DNA from: Haliotis rubra
Lineage: Eukaryota
Direction of reading: 5' to 3'
NCBI RefSeq assembly: GCF_003918875.1
Contig: NW_025767029.1
Coordinates: 558,001-605,635, forward strand
DNA length: 47,635 nt
Under the pieces are notes generated by a model. The model was given only the letters and a program-made list of their open reading frames with translations, ran no database searches and was not told the DNA's origin. The position numbers were made by a program, and so were the translations under genes. This document shows, piece by piece, positions 24,501 to 37,457 of this stretch. Each line of letters opens with the position of its first letter. Within the stretch, counting starts at the first letter, position 1.

Positions 24501-27330
24501 TTTCTCTAATCACACTAAATCCGTTTACTATAAAGATTCCTATATTAATTTTCACGTCGTGTTTATTGACAGTTTTTACTTCTAGTTTGAACTATGTTGA
24601 AGGCTATGTAAATGGAAACACATGAATACATGTCCCGTGTGTTGTTGGGTGCCGTGAAGAGTCATATATAGTGAAACCTGCATAATGCGGACGTCTTTAG
24701 ACGGGAAATCCCGCCTTCAGGCCATTAATTACACAAACATAACAGGTCACCGGATCCTGGACCAATGGTAATCCGGGCTCTTTGACTGCAACCGAAACAG
24801 CCCGGATGAGAAGGTTTCTGTGTATTTCTGATGTGGCAGTATTCACGCGATGTGTGATTGACATTTTTTGCATGTGTTTGATATTGCCGCCTGTCACAAT
24901 TGTGTCTGTTTTTATTTTAGTGGGACAGTATCTACAAATATGAATGCGGTTAAGATTCACAATTTATGTATGAACATTGTTCAGACTAAGCTCCAAAGCT
25001 GCTGGATTTTATGTTTTGTATATATAATGGATATCTGGTGTTGTTTGGTCGAAACAGATTTATTTTCTTAATCTTGTTGACTTGTATGCTTTGATGCGCA
25101 CAAAACCTCTATACAGGATACAAATAAAATCAGACTTTAATGACCAGCGTGTTGTAATGATTATCTGAGAGTTGACTTTAGTGTGGATTACATGCAGGTG
25201 AACACTGTTATCTCGAACTCGAGGTACATGAGAAAAAAATCAACTTGGTGAGGTGTTCTATGCACCAGGAAACAGACAATCAAGGTCCATACCAGTAGAA
25301 GGACACCCACTGTCCTTCACCGCTGTTGTACACACGTGTGGATGTTGTGTATGTTCATCGCACTACTGGTCAAAACTGCATTTCCATCTATGGCAGGTAT
25401 TTTCAGGTAAACTTTGAAAAATATGCTTGAGACAAATGAAACTATAATACTTGCTACTCAAAAGTCAAATAATGATAAGTTATTGCTACCGGAATCAGTT
25501 CAATTCAATGTTCAATGAGAATGAAAAAACAGAAATCATAAAACGTCATTCTTTTGCGAACTGTCTGTGGGGCCGGTCTTAAGAAAGCCTTCTTGCACTG
25601 CCACCTTGTTTAGTTACATACAAGAGTTATTTCCCTTATGTCAATCATTTACCATCGTGTACATTTAACGTACGATCACGGATGCCCGTTCCATGTGATG
25701 TATGTGCATGTTAGTGTGTGTGTGTGTGCATGTGCATGTACGTGTACGTGTACGTTTGTATTTGCTTTTACGTATTCTAAATGTTTTTTATCCACTTCAA
25801 AAACACAGCATGTTTACCTCCTAAGTAATACGAAATTAGTAGTTTACAGGTCGTGTGATGAGCCTCCAGGAGAATCATCAGCTGCCGTGGGTTCGAACCT
25901 TCCCTATTATGATCCCTTCAAGAACCAAACGTACTCTTGAGTTTCACAAAAATGGTAAACGTCTACGACTTGTGTCATCTAGGCATTGGTTGTATACTCC
26001 TTAGGGAGACGAGAATGAAAATACGTGCACAGTGATGCATTGACTGGAGTAACAATAGCTTGATCTCGGCGCGGTCCTCTGGCATCCGGTTTACACAGTT
26101 CGGTCACCTGATGCTCCTCTGGCATCCGGTTTACACAGTTCGGTCACCTGATATCCGGCTTACCCGACGTGGTGGGACTCACCTACACACTGACGGCCGC
26201 CACAGTCCATGTGCTGAATGTAGCAGAAAGCCACGGCATTGCATTTGTATACTTTATTAAATCCACCAAATATAACGGTAAAACGGGGATAAAACGTTTG
26301 ATCATCAAAATTGACGTCTACAGCTCACCACATCAGTGAATCACGAAACCTCCGTCGGTGTACAAAACAAGACCAAAATTAATTTGTAATTACAAAAAAT
26401 ACCTTAATGTATATTAAATAAATTATTTTTTTGTGTTCAGACCAACAAAACACGAGATATATCTGTGTTACCGTTGGTGTATCACTGACTATCACTGACA
26501 TGGTGCTGTATTAACAACCTGTACAGCTAAAACACATTTGTTAGTACAATTAGATCGTGATTGAATATAATCAATTTTCTCTCAATATATTTCATTGAAC
26601 AAAATGTAAACAGCGATATCACAGATGGTGCTTGATCATTAACAATGCCATGGAATTGTGATATAATCACGTAATCACAGAAAATCGGAGAGTGATATTA
26701 GCATATAAAACTGTAAAGAAGCACTGATAAAACACATATTGCACGCTGCATATTGCTACAATGTTGTTCATACAGTCGACTCATTGGATAAGGTGTCACT
26801 GTACCTCAACGGTTGTTGCCCATCATATCTCCACAAACTTTACTAACTGCCATGATATTACTGGAATACTGCGTGACCCACGCCGCTACATAATAAAATA
26901 CTGAAATAGCCTTGAGCGCGACGTTCTTCTGACTTGCATTTCACATACCTCTAAATAATGATCGTTTGTTACACAATTTTTTTTGTCGGCTGTCCAAAAT
27001 TATTAGACAAATCATCAGAGTTGGTCTGTCGATTTCATGTGACTGTGCAAAATTTGGTTTTCTTGCAATTATTAGATTTTGTGTTTGTGAGCAATTCATC
27101 GGTCTAAAATGAAGTCAAACGGACTATAGTAGAGATTGGCAAGTACAGACGATCTGTAGGGAGAGTTGGTGAACATTTATTCACGAGTGACGATACTTCT
27201 TGGTTCTGATTAGATTATTCTACAAATCACTCACTCTGATAAGGACACAAAGAAAGTAAAGTCAACTCTTCAGAGAAACACAACGTATTGTTCATACGAG
27301 GTAACTAAATGTGATGTCATGGCACCTTTG

Positions 27331-27540
27331 GTAAGTGAGTTTAGTTTTACGCCGCACTCAGCAATATTCCAGCTATATGGCGGCGGTCTGTAAATAATCG
27401 AGTCTGGACCAGACAATCCAGTGATCAACAGTGAGCATCGATCTGCGCAATTGGGAACCGATGACATGTGTCAACCAAGTCAGCGAGCCTGATCACCCGA
27501 TCCCGTTAGTCGCCTCTTACGACAAGCATAACACCTTTTA
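27331..27540 (-). mobile_element. Short retroposon family A, well-conserved 5'-truncated copy
   Basis: Reverse complement contains ATGCTTGTCGTAAGAGGCGACTAACGGGATCGGGTG...GGAATATTGCTGAGTGCGGCGTAAAACTAAACTCAC. Confidence 0.85.
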
Positions 27541-29681
27541 TACTATTTGTAGTGAGTAATCACTGTATTGGGAGTCTGTGAAATGGAATCAGCAGATAAC
27601 GGGAAGTTATTCGACGAAGTGTTTCTACCCTGGAAAGTATAACGAATAACTGCAGCGACATGTATCACATAACTAAACCCGCTGTCATAAAGCTTTCTGG
27701 GCGGTGGACGGATCATCATGTGATTAACGCTATATACGTTAAAACATTCCACTAAACTGACTCCATATTGACTGACTTCAATAAACTGGCCTAAAAACAC
27801 ACCAACACTGAGGCATAAAAGTACATAATCAATCTTTGGTACATATATTACCCATATAAACACGTGGCAGCTGCGACCAGTGGTCGTAGATCATTAGCAT
27901 ATATCAAATCCATAATATTGTTCTGGTACTATATCGGAATTTAAAAATAGTAAAATGTTTCAGGGACGGAAGTAAAATAATATCTGAGGGACTAGAAATA
28001 ACATTTGTGTATCTGTTTCTCCATTATAGATTTGGATAATTTAATCATTTCGCCTCTTGACACCGGCACATTGAGATGGTGTCAGAACACAATCAACTAT
28101 CACCTGGAATCATCTTACAATACCAGTCACTGGATTTTCTGTTCCATTTTGGATTATCTACATGACATCGTCATATACCTGAACTACAAGTGATATGTGG
28201 CGTTAAAAACAATCCAACAAACGAAATGTCATTACACAATATTATACAACACACACTTGGCAAACCGATACGTCTATGTAGAAATATAATAAAATAAACA
28301 ATCAAAAATATAAATTATGAAATCTGATTGAATTCCCAGGTTTTCAGTTGCTCTTATGTGTTTTGAATGAGTTGTTTTAACAATCAAGTATAAGTTATAT
28401 AATGTTTTGAAACATGGAACATCTGTTTGTTCGTCACTATACAATAGCTGCCCCGACTTCAAACTGTTGACTCTGGGGGATATCCGATAGCGTTAGTACT
28501 TTGGAGTAAGTACAGGATACTGATATATCTTATTTGTGACAGGGCTTTTATTAACAATTGGTATTAAATTGATATTTCGTGCAGATATATATATCCTAGA
28601 CAACGAACGTGATGCCATTTTAACCACTTGGTTAAAAGATACATCGACTCAAAAGTTCACAAAACTCGCGTACTTTAACAAAATATTCAAATGTCTTGCT
28701 GATTACTGTCGTATGGGGGACGGATGTAACCCTACAATCTGCCATTACCTAAGAAACATTGTTTATTGTTTCCTCTACTATACACTTCTAATCTCAGTAC
28801 TTATAATGGCGGTTTGAATTATAACATTTAAACGAGGAATTATTTCTTCAATCCTATTTCAATAACCGACACAGTCATAAGTCATGTAAGTCAAATACAC
28901 AAAAGCTACATTACCGCCAGCATAAAACTGACCCCCCAGCGCATAAAACCACACAGCAACGCATCACACAGTTACCATGTCTTAAATAAACTCACAGGGG
29001 GTAGAACGTAGTAAAATTAGAAACGCCATCAGTCAATACTGTACAGTAAGAAAACATTGTAGGTGCCTCATATAAGAAATATCTGCAAATGCATTGAGTG
29101 ACACAGTTTCAGCCAAGATGGGTTCCACGCTTGGGACAGGACATACACACGTTTCACAAACACCCAGTGTCGTCATAGAAAGATAACACGAGGAAAGGTT
29201 GAAATGAGTTTTTCCGTATGCGTGTGAATAGTGCTTAGGGCGACTGGATACCACCTTGATAATATACTAAAGATAATTAATATTTATCAGGAAAATGTAA
29301 CATTCGTCCTTTTTCTCACCGGGTTCATTTGTGTCATCCACTGATAAAATGTTATCTGATGCCCATGCCTGTGCATGAAATGGTGAAATCGTGTTTGTGT
29401 AAGTTGCGTAATCGTTTACTGTTTCAACGGCTTGAATCAATTTCTGCCAGGACTGCTAGTTGACCCAGGTCTTTAAACAAAGGATCACTCCGGTAACCAG
29501 CGAGAGGATTGACATTTCGACACGCCGACATTTTACAAAATGGATGAGCTTATTTCCGTTCATGGAATATCAACGTTATATCTTGCCCCAATCAGGTTAT
29601 TTAATAATGTTGTCATTTGTCCAACATCAATAACTCTTAATGAACCCGAAGTGATTCATTTCCACTGAACACATGATCTGA

Positions 29682-30122
29682 TCAGAATTTCTCTGTTCCT
29701 TCCAATGGATGAAAACCCTGACCTGAGCATTTATTACAGTCGATGTCAGTTTTCTTTTTGCCCCTAAATCGGTCCTTGATCCACGCATACAGGGGAGAAA
29801 GTGAGCCAAAGTTACCCTGGGGTCCACAAATGGCCAACAGTGGGGCGAACAGAATAAGCGAATAGAACAAAGAGAAGCCAATGGTGCAGAACATGAAAAT
29901 ACCAAATTGCATGAAGAACAAAATAACGGCAAATAACATGAAAAGGGAGGCTCCCAAAGTAGTGCATGCTCCCGACAGTACTGATATTCCTACGGTTTCT
30001 AGCATGTCGCGCAGTCGCCCTTGTCTGTGTTCGTGGCGTGACAGATGATATCCTTCCGCCAGGTGGACGACGTAGTCCACAGCAAGTCCCACGACTAGCG
30101 ACAGATTCAGGGACTCCAACAC
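29682..30122 (-). CDS. Dispatched/Patched-family (SSD/RND) membrane protein, terminal exon
   Basis: Acceptor ttacAG|GTG; VLESLNLSLVVGLAVDYVVHLAEGY...GISVLSGACTT...FFMQFG contains the second RND GxxVDY motif and the last TM helices; stop at 29682-29684. Confidence 0.92.
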   Translation of the reverse strand: MLESLNLSLVVGLAVDYVVHLAEGYHLSRHEHRQGRLRDMLETVGISVLSGACTTLGASLFMLFAVILFFMQFGIFMFCTIGFSLFYSLILFAPLLAICGPQGNFGSLSPLYAWIKDRFRGKKKTDIDCNKCSGQGFHPLEGTEKF

Positions 30123-30454
30123 CTGTAAGCAATCAACCATTGATTGAATCAACCATCAAACAATGCAAAGAAATATTCTTTGTGCCATCAACAGCTTCTT
30201 TAAGAAGCGACGTTTCGGTGTGGGTTCTACCATCGCTATCAAGCAGTTGATGTACCGAGTATGATTGAGAGGCATGTATCCAAGTTAGAGGATGTGTGTT
30301 TATTGTTGATTGGATCAGGTTGTAGTTATAATAGAGTAAAGGGGCCTGTGAAAAACACTATGTATGAGATCTAATGTAAAACAGTCCTAACGGGTGAAGT
30401 CTGTACTATAAACAACAACATTAAACAAAAGGATTCTGACTGATTGGCATCGTT

Positions 30455-30890
30455 GATGAGCTGGAGACATAATAGCCTTGATTACTTGTGTCAACTGTAT
30501 TGAGTTGATGGTAAGCTGGAGGCATGTAATAGCCTTGATTACTTGTGTCAACTGTATTGAGTTGATGGTAAGCTGGAGGCATGAAATAGTCTTGATTACT
30601 TGTGTCACCTGTATTGAGTTGATGGTAAGCTGAAGGCATGTAATAGCCTTGATTACTTGTGTCACCTGTATTGAGTTGATGGTAAGCTGAAGGCATGTAA
30701 TAGCCTTGATTACTTGTGTCACCTGTATTGAGTTGATGGTAAGCTGGAGGCATGTAATAGCCTTGATTACTTGTGTCACCTGTATTGAGTTGAGGGTAAG
30801 CTGGAGGCATGTAATAGCCTTGATTACTTGTGTCACCTGTATTGAGTTGTTGATAAGCTGGAGGCATGTAATAGCCCTGATTACTTGTGT
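30455..30890. repeat. 57-bp minisatellite, about 7.5 copies, in the last Dispatched intron
   Basis: Unit TAATAGCCTTGATTACTTGTGTCACCTGTATTGAGTTGATGGTAAGCTGGAGGCATG; explains the ORFs at 30387-30930. Confidence 0.95.
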
Positions 30891-30901
30891 TTTTGTCTTA
30901 C

Positions 30902-31072
30902 CCCCAGTTTCCAACCCGCCATTGGAATGATGCCGACGATGGTGACGGTCACACAGGTGATGGTGGCGGTCGCGAGGAAGCCGAGGACGACGTTCCCGGT
31001 GGCGAAGGTGAGGATGGGGAAGGCCAGACAGATGCCGATGATGATGCCCTTAACAGCGGAGTCAGCAAGGGT
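30902..31072 (-). CDS. Dispatched-family protein, exon 8 of 9 seen
   Basis: acgcAG|TLADSAVKGIIIGICLAFPILTFATGNVVLG...PMAGWKLG|GTAAG; 171 nt, phase 0/0. Confidence 0.9.
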
Positions 31073-31286
31073 CTGCGTCACAACGGACAAAGTTATATAC
31101 TACTCCATACAAGCTGAAGAACACTCCCCATTTGGAGGCTGAGTGTTGCAATACCCAACAGTCATTCTATCGATAGAAGAAACTTTCCAGTCTTCAATAA
31201 TATCTTTTGGTATGAATTAGAAATATCATCCATTATTAATTATCATATTTCCTGCTTCAATAATATTTATCATAACCAAATGATAC

Positions 31287-31373
31287 CTTTTGCACACGAA
31301 GCCAGTGCCAAGCGTTGTTCCCCTCGGGTGTGCACTGAAACCCTCCACTCAGGGATGGGGGGAGCTTCGATAC
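31287..31373 (-). CDS. Dispatched-family protein, exon 7 of 9 seen
   Basis: tttgtAG|VSKLPPSLSGGFQCTPEGNNAWHWLRVQK|GTATC; 87 nt, phase 0/0; this frame is not in the ORF track. Confidence 0.85.
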
Positions 31374-32315
31374 CTACAAAAACCAAACGGGTCATGTCAT
31401 CATTAGCTGATGTCCAAATAAGTTGAACAAACATGTAAATTTCGTATATTAAATAAAATAAGACGTTCAGCTGCTCGATGTTTTGATATTTCCAAATGAA
31501 TAAACACATGACAGTGCCTCGTGACCTGTTCATAACTATGTGGGCCATAAGATGTATCTTCGTAAAAACGGCATGTACTATTTTCCCATCAGACAGGAAG
31601 ACCTGCACCTGTCAATGATGATATTTAGTGTCGACACCAGAGCGTTGCCATACTTGAGTATCGGCCGAAAGAAATTCCTGGGCGTAAAAATCAATTAGTG
31701 TGGAAGATAATATAAATGACTTTTTGAAAATCCATTACGACAGAGGAGCACTTGAAAATGATAAAACACGTGTCATTTATTCTCAGACAGCTATTTTCCA
31801 AACATGAATATCATTATGATTGGGCTTGAATACAACTTAGGTGTGAGTCAATATATATAGTTTTATTTACTACGCCACGTAGAGTTAAATCAAAATCGAT
31901 GTTTCGCGTGTTTAACTTTGTAAAATGTTTCTCTCATATCAATAAACAGACAGACATACAGTTTATTACGTATTTTAGACCAATACATTAATAAACAGTT
32001 GTCTTCAAGAAACCATTATATCTGTCAATGTGCTTACATACAACATTGTGCGCGTCAAACGGTACACAATTATTGAATAACATGATCCGTGAGATCTCCT
32101 TAATCAGGGATAATCTACAACGTTATATAGTCTCCCTGACTTAATGAATGGTGTCACGATGACACGTTATATCCCTGACATTCCAGACGACGCGGTTACA
32201 GACCCTGTCACATGTTTTGCTGAGATCAGGATGTCATTGGCTACTTTCACCAATTATCTGCTGCACCCATGCTACTTCTTTACTCATTTATGAACTTGAT
32301 TGCTAAACTGATTAC

Positions 32316-32443
32316 CTCTGAATTGGTAAAACTTTCCCATGCATCGATAACAGGGATTCCTTCCACGTAGCCAACTTTCCCGTTCTGTAGGGTCGTGTAC
32401 ACAACAATAGCGGCAAACCTCAGTCTTGTCCCGTACAGAAGAC
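32316..32443 (-). CDS. Dispatched-family protein, exon 6 of 9 seen
   Basis: tttgtAG|(G)LLYGTRLRFAAIVVYTTLQNGKVGYVEGIPVIDAWESFTNSE|GTAAT; 128 nt, phase 1/0. Confidence 0.85.
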
Positions 32444-32591
32444 CTACAAAGCAATGGAACCAACATAAGTCATCATATTTGTATTCTATTATCGTAGATA
32501 CCACGGACCCTTTCAGGATCATAGCTTCGGTCAGACAGTGACACTACAGCCTCACGTCTCGTATATTGCACAACATTTCTCTCGCCTTTGG

Positions 32592-32948
32592 TGAGGTGAG
32601 GTGAAATTGGGTTTAACGTCGTGCTTGAGAATATTTCGCTCATATGACGACGTGCATGCGTGTGTTACGTGTATGTGCGGCTGCTTGTACTAGCCCAGAC
32701 TTAGGCTGGTTTTATAGTGCTAGCTCACTGAGATACCATGCCACAGTGAAGCATGAATACCCCACTCAGACACAGTATACAGACTCCGAGCCGACCAGTC
32801 CTTGTTGTACCCATTAATGCCGAACGCCAGGCAGGGCCCAACAAGTACCATATTTTAACGTCTTTTGGTATGACGCGGTCGGGGATCGAACCCGCGACCT
32901 TCCGCTCTCCGGGCGGACGCTCTAACCACTACACCACGCAGGCGGCCA
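32592..32948 (-). mobile_element. Full-length tRNA-derived SINE (family B, Meta-domain-like body)
   Basis: Minus strand: A box TGGTGTAGTGG, B box GGTTCGATCCC, body GTCATACCAAAAGAC...CCTGCCTGGCGTTCGGCAT, tail (CACCT)n; 10-bp TSD TCGCCTTTGG at 32582-32591 and 32949-32958. Confidence 0.9.
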
Positions 32949-33399
32949 TCGCCTTTGGACGTAATTTGAGCTGATGCTGTATAAGCACCGCATATTTCGA
33001 ATAGAAGAAACAAAAATATATACCGGAGTTATAATCATAAGAGAATGTGGCTAAATTCTCTAGATGATTAAGAGTGACATAGATGCAGCAACAAACAATT
33101 CTTAAGTAAATAGCTGCCCATTTACAGTAATGAGCTAGAACACTAGCCGACGTGTAGTATCCGGCTGTGCAAACCTCATGTGTACCGTGTAATGTTATAT
33201 CATTTCAATGTAGGAATGACAAGTCTTCATGGAGGACCAACTTCTCGTGTCCATTGTACAATGACGATGTTTCGGTATAGATAGAGGAAAAACATCTCAT
33301 GCTTGAAAACGGTATAAGTATCTTTTTCGAAACGTCGCCATTGTACAATAAAGAAGATGATCATCCATAAAGACTTGTCATTCCTATTACTTACATCTT

Positions 33400-34250
33400 C
33401 TAGAATGCCTATCAAACAGTTCATTTCAATTTCTAATTCAACTTCGTATGTAACACGAGTTCTGATTGGTCAATGCTATAAATTTCCGACCGTATAATCA
33501 GCATATACGGTCGCAATTTGAAAACCGATTCACCGAAACCTTTGAATGTATCCCTACACTATTGGGGTAACGCTGTTTCGCAGGACATTGTCATTTGTAG
33601 AAGCCATTGGTCAATTAACTCCCCTATCCAGCTAAAATGGGTGGAATTTGTGCTAAAAAAGACAAAACAGTATAATAAATTTAATTTTAAGTTCAAACAA
33701 CTTACTCGCAACGGGCTGTTGACCCAACACTCTTAGATCATGAAACAAGGTTTATGACGTCATTATGGAGCGTGACGTCACCTGCTATGACGTCATTTGA
33801 CAACAGAACTGATAATGGCCCGTAGTTGAGGAATCAGCGGGCCGCTCATTTCTGTAACTAGAGGGCGGTTTCATCCATTTTATCTATTATACTATGATCT
33901 ATTCATCATTGTCAAATTTAGTCTGTGTGCACATAATAAACGTGTGTAGTTTGAAAAGGGAACTACTTTCTCTGGCGATGGTGCAAGTTGAAGGAGTGAT
34001 ATGATTAACCTTTGACCTAGAGGAACTTTGACCTGGTTTAAATAAGGAATTTCTTTCACGAAAAAACAGCGTAAAACGAGTTGAATTAGAATGCGGATAA
34101 CTGTACTGTGTTTGACGAATTAGGGACGTATACCGGTGGTTATATAGCCGCAAATTTAACGTAATATCGCCGATATAACTAAATTTGCGGCTATATAACC
34201 ACCGGTATACGTCCCCAATTCGTCAAACACAGTACAGTTATCCCCTAAGT
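33400..34250. mobile_element. Probable non-autonomous DNA element with subterminal hairpin (Crypton-like)
   Basis: 64-bp inverted arms at 34095-34158 and 34180-34243 followed by CCTAA; cluster of TGACGTCA and CTGATTGG; left boundary uncertain. Confidence 0.45.
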
Positions 34251-34819
34251 ATATTGAAAAGTGTTACAGAGGGTACGTATTCTATGGTTTCGATATTTAT
34301 ATAGAAATGGGATACGGACTGTCAAGAGGTACAATTCACCCAACAAATATGTTCCCTGCCCATGCCAGGATCTTCTACCCATTGACAGGAATATTGGATT
34401 CGAACTGATTTTATTGTCTCAAACCACACTGGTAAACTACAAGTCCTAAAAACCCTTTTGGCTTTTCCTTTAACGACTTGCAACCCGTGAAACAACTGAA
34501 ATACCGTTCGATGTGCTCATCAGTTCTTTCATGCATGTTGCTTCATACAGGCAGTAATCTTGAACACATCTGCAAACCGCATCTCGTTTCACATCATTTT
34601 CCCCAAAAAGTGTAATTAGATCATACTAAAGTCGCTACGTTTATTTCTGTAAACACATTCATAGAAAACGTGAGTTTTACCACGTACCATATCGTGATAA
34701 TTCCTCACAAAGGAACATTTCAAGCATTTTCATTGTGATCCGATATGACGAGAACGAAACAGAAACATTTCCATCATGAAAGAAACGTGTTACGTTTGTT
34801 TTGTGATATTCTTGTAATG

Positions 34820-35165
34820 ATGTTGTCATGTGGATTGAGCCAAGGTCACAAATCAGTTCAAGTTAAGCAACGTTGGCCGCGGATAGTCCTTTATGGGTGA
34901 CAGTGTTTGGCAGCTTGTTTCTAGGACTTCAGTCCGGCCCCACAATGAAGCACATGTGATACATGTAGTGTCACCTTAGGAAAGAGAATTTGTTCTAAAT
35001 TGCCTCTGTTCATCCAGTAGAAAATGGGTATCTGGTGGGATAAGTCATGTGACTATAACCTACCTGGCAGCTTGGATTATCCGGGGTATTAATGTGTTAG
35101 CACTTTGAGCATGCACAAGTGTGTGGAAACAGGCGCTTTATAAAATGCCGTTATTATTATTATAA
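34820..35165 (+). mobile_element. Degenerate SINE with 5S rRNA-derived segment, CORE-like middle and (TTA)n tail
   Basis: 34860-34901 AAGTTAAGCAACGTTGGCCGCGGATAGTCCTTTATGGGTGAC resembles the 5S internal promoter region; then GTCACCTTAGGAAAG...CATCCAGTAGAAAATGGGTA; then GCACTTTGAG...GCGCTTTATAAAATGCCG(TTA)n. Confidence 0.6.
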
Positions 35166-36608
35166 TGAAAAATCTGAAAGTAGTACCAGCTTAACCTTTA
35201 AAGTTTCAAATTTACATTTTTGTCCGTATGTGACCCCAGATGATACTGCTATTATCTATTGGTTTCACCCAGTCAAGAAACCCATCAATTACTCGATAAA
35301 TATATTACATGTATTCAATGTACAATTGATCGACGTCCTCAAAGAAAATGGTATAACATTTTCTGTGATTCATTACATTTGATCCGAACTAAAGCCCAGT
35401 TACACGTGCTCAATGAAGGATACTATGTAGTACGACTCCAATATACCTGAAGTTTACCCTTTTCGTGGTGCGCACCTGACGTCAGAGTAAAATCGATTTC
35501 CGTCACTTATTTATACGGAATAGGTAAATGCATTATTATATCTAAGATTACAAATCCTTTTGTTGCGTGTATATGTCGTTTTGATAATGGCCAGGATGTT
35601 GTTGGGTTACAAGCATATGATCATTTCCTTCGTATTGTACTATTTTCGGTGAGTGGTTAAAAATTGCGGATCTAAATGGGGTTGGGGGGTTGGGGGTGGT
35701 TTTTTTTAGAAAACATAATGTTAAAGTAAGAATTGAACCATTAGCCATTTAAACACTCGCCGAAAAGAACAGTCAAGAACTCGAGTATACAATGCTCACT
35801 GTTGAGTCCGGTGGTTCAAGCATTCGCTCATCACGCACAACGCTAAACTTGATTTCTAATTTGTGTACGAGACATGATTTATTCAAATGTTGTTACCCGC
35901 GGCGTAAAAACATACTCACTCACTTTGAGTGAATGAATGAGTGAGTGAATATTGGCTTAGGTTTCAGTCAGCAATATACCAGCTATAATCATGGCTGTGA
36001 CCCATGACGTCGCCATGACTACACCCAAGGCGGATACTTGGACCATCCGATTCATGTTACTACACTCCCACATTAAAGATTTTTTATTAGGCTCAATCTG
36101 CTGCCACAAGATTACTATATTCGACATCCCTTTTCAATGCGCACCTGTCCAATAAACGCTAATGGGATATCCACGCATCTAATTGTATCCAACGTATGAG
36201 TCAATAGACATATAAATAGTCTACGGTCTTACAAGGGACGCCAATCAATTATTCTCCTGTACGCAGTAGCAATCAACGACCCGCTCAGTCAGTTTGTATC
36301 AGGTAGAGAACAGTAGATTAGGACCTAAGGCACAATCAAGGGCATGAGTTCGAAAATACCATATAGACTTCATTGATTTGTACTAGTAGTTGCTTGCTGA
36401 CAGTCAACACGCGACCTTCATCTCTGAGAAATCACAAGGAACATCGTACGCGCCAACAACAAAGGACCTACCAAGCCCATCAGATTTGTGTGAATGAAAT
36501 ACCTGTAACTGTGGACACAGAAGACGAAGAGAAGAAGAAAATGGGTATTACCGTGTTACATATTTTCTTTACAGAATATTCCACCAATCCCTAATACAGG
36601 TTAAAAGA

Positions 36609-36610
<2 letters not shown>

Positions 36611-36644
<34 letters not shown>
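36611..36644. repeat. (GT)17 microsatellite
   Basis: Direct reading. Confidence 0.95.
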
Positions 36645-36648
<4 letters not shown>

Positions 36649-36959
36649 GATACTTAGCATACTGTGTTGAGTTGATAATTAAGGTTAAGTAGGGTGTTTG
36701 AGCCGCCTTTCATACATGTAAATAACACAAAGTCTAACAAATGTGAAGTGACTCCCGCTCCTTTGCAACCAAGAAGATGGTAAATGAATAAACCAAGCAC
36801 GCCATCATGTCTCTTAAGATATTGCGTTATTGCCGACGCTGTGTTGGACAGTCGCGTTCAATTCATTACATAACCTACATTACTTATGGCCATGTATATG
36901 CTAGGTAATGTTAAATTAATAAAATCCTTAGCTGCATTAGTTACTAAAATGTTTAATAG

Positions 36960-37397
36960 ACGTAAACGCACTTTGTAGTCATGTAATTAAATATACCACA
37001 CTCCACTGTTACTTATAGAATTGTGATATTCTATTCTGTTTTAGGTAGAATGTAGTGGTTTGTGTCTCACAGGCCAGATGTTATATTAAGAGTCTTATGG
37101 TACAACATGTTAAACACAAATTATAACACTTTCTTCTCGGTAACCATTTTTGTAAACGTAGTTTGTAGTCATGTACTTAAATATATATACCACACTCCAT
37201 TGTTGCTTACAAAGCTGTGATATTTTATTTACTACTATCTGTTTTAGATATAATATAGTGCCTTGTGTCTCATAGGCCATATGGCCGGATGTTATATTCT
37301 ATTGAATGTTTTTAAGTTTATGTATGTTTTATGTATAACATGTGACACAAAAATAAAAATATTTTCTTCTTCTTCTTCTTCTTCTTCTTCTTCTTCT
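36960..37397 (+). repeat. Diverged ~190-bp tandem duplication followed by AATAAA and (TTC)n (possible retroposon 3' end)
   Basis: GTAAACG..TTTGTAGTCATGTA.TTAAATATA..CCACACTCCA.TGTT recurs at ~36962 and ~37152; (TTC)n at 37364-37397. Confidence 0.7.
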
Positions 37398-37457
37398 GTA
37401 CATGCCACGTTGGCAGTTACGAGTGGGATGGAAATGGTCCTGAGCACCATACAGATA

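Noticed and set aside
30387-30930. Repetitive ORFs (MPPAYHQLNTGDTSNQGYY)n
   Set aside because: Product of a 57-bp intronic minisatellite; the neighbouring exons splice in phase without it, and read-through from the exon stops after six codons.
32860-32947. Possible tRNA gene
   Set aside because: A/B boxes continue into a SINE body and tail with a TSD; no proper acceptor stem.
34860-34901. Possible 5S rRNA gene
   Set aside because: Only a ~42-nt diverged segment embedded in a SINE-like structure.
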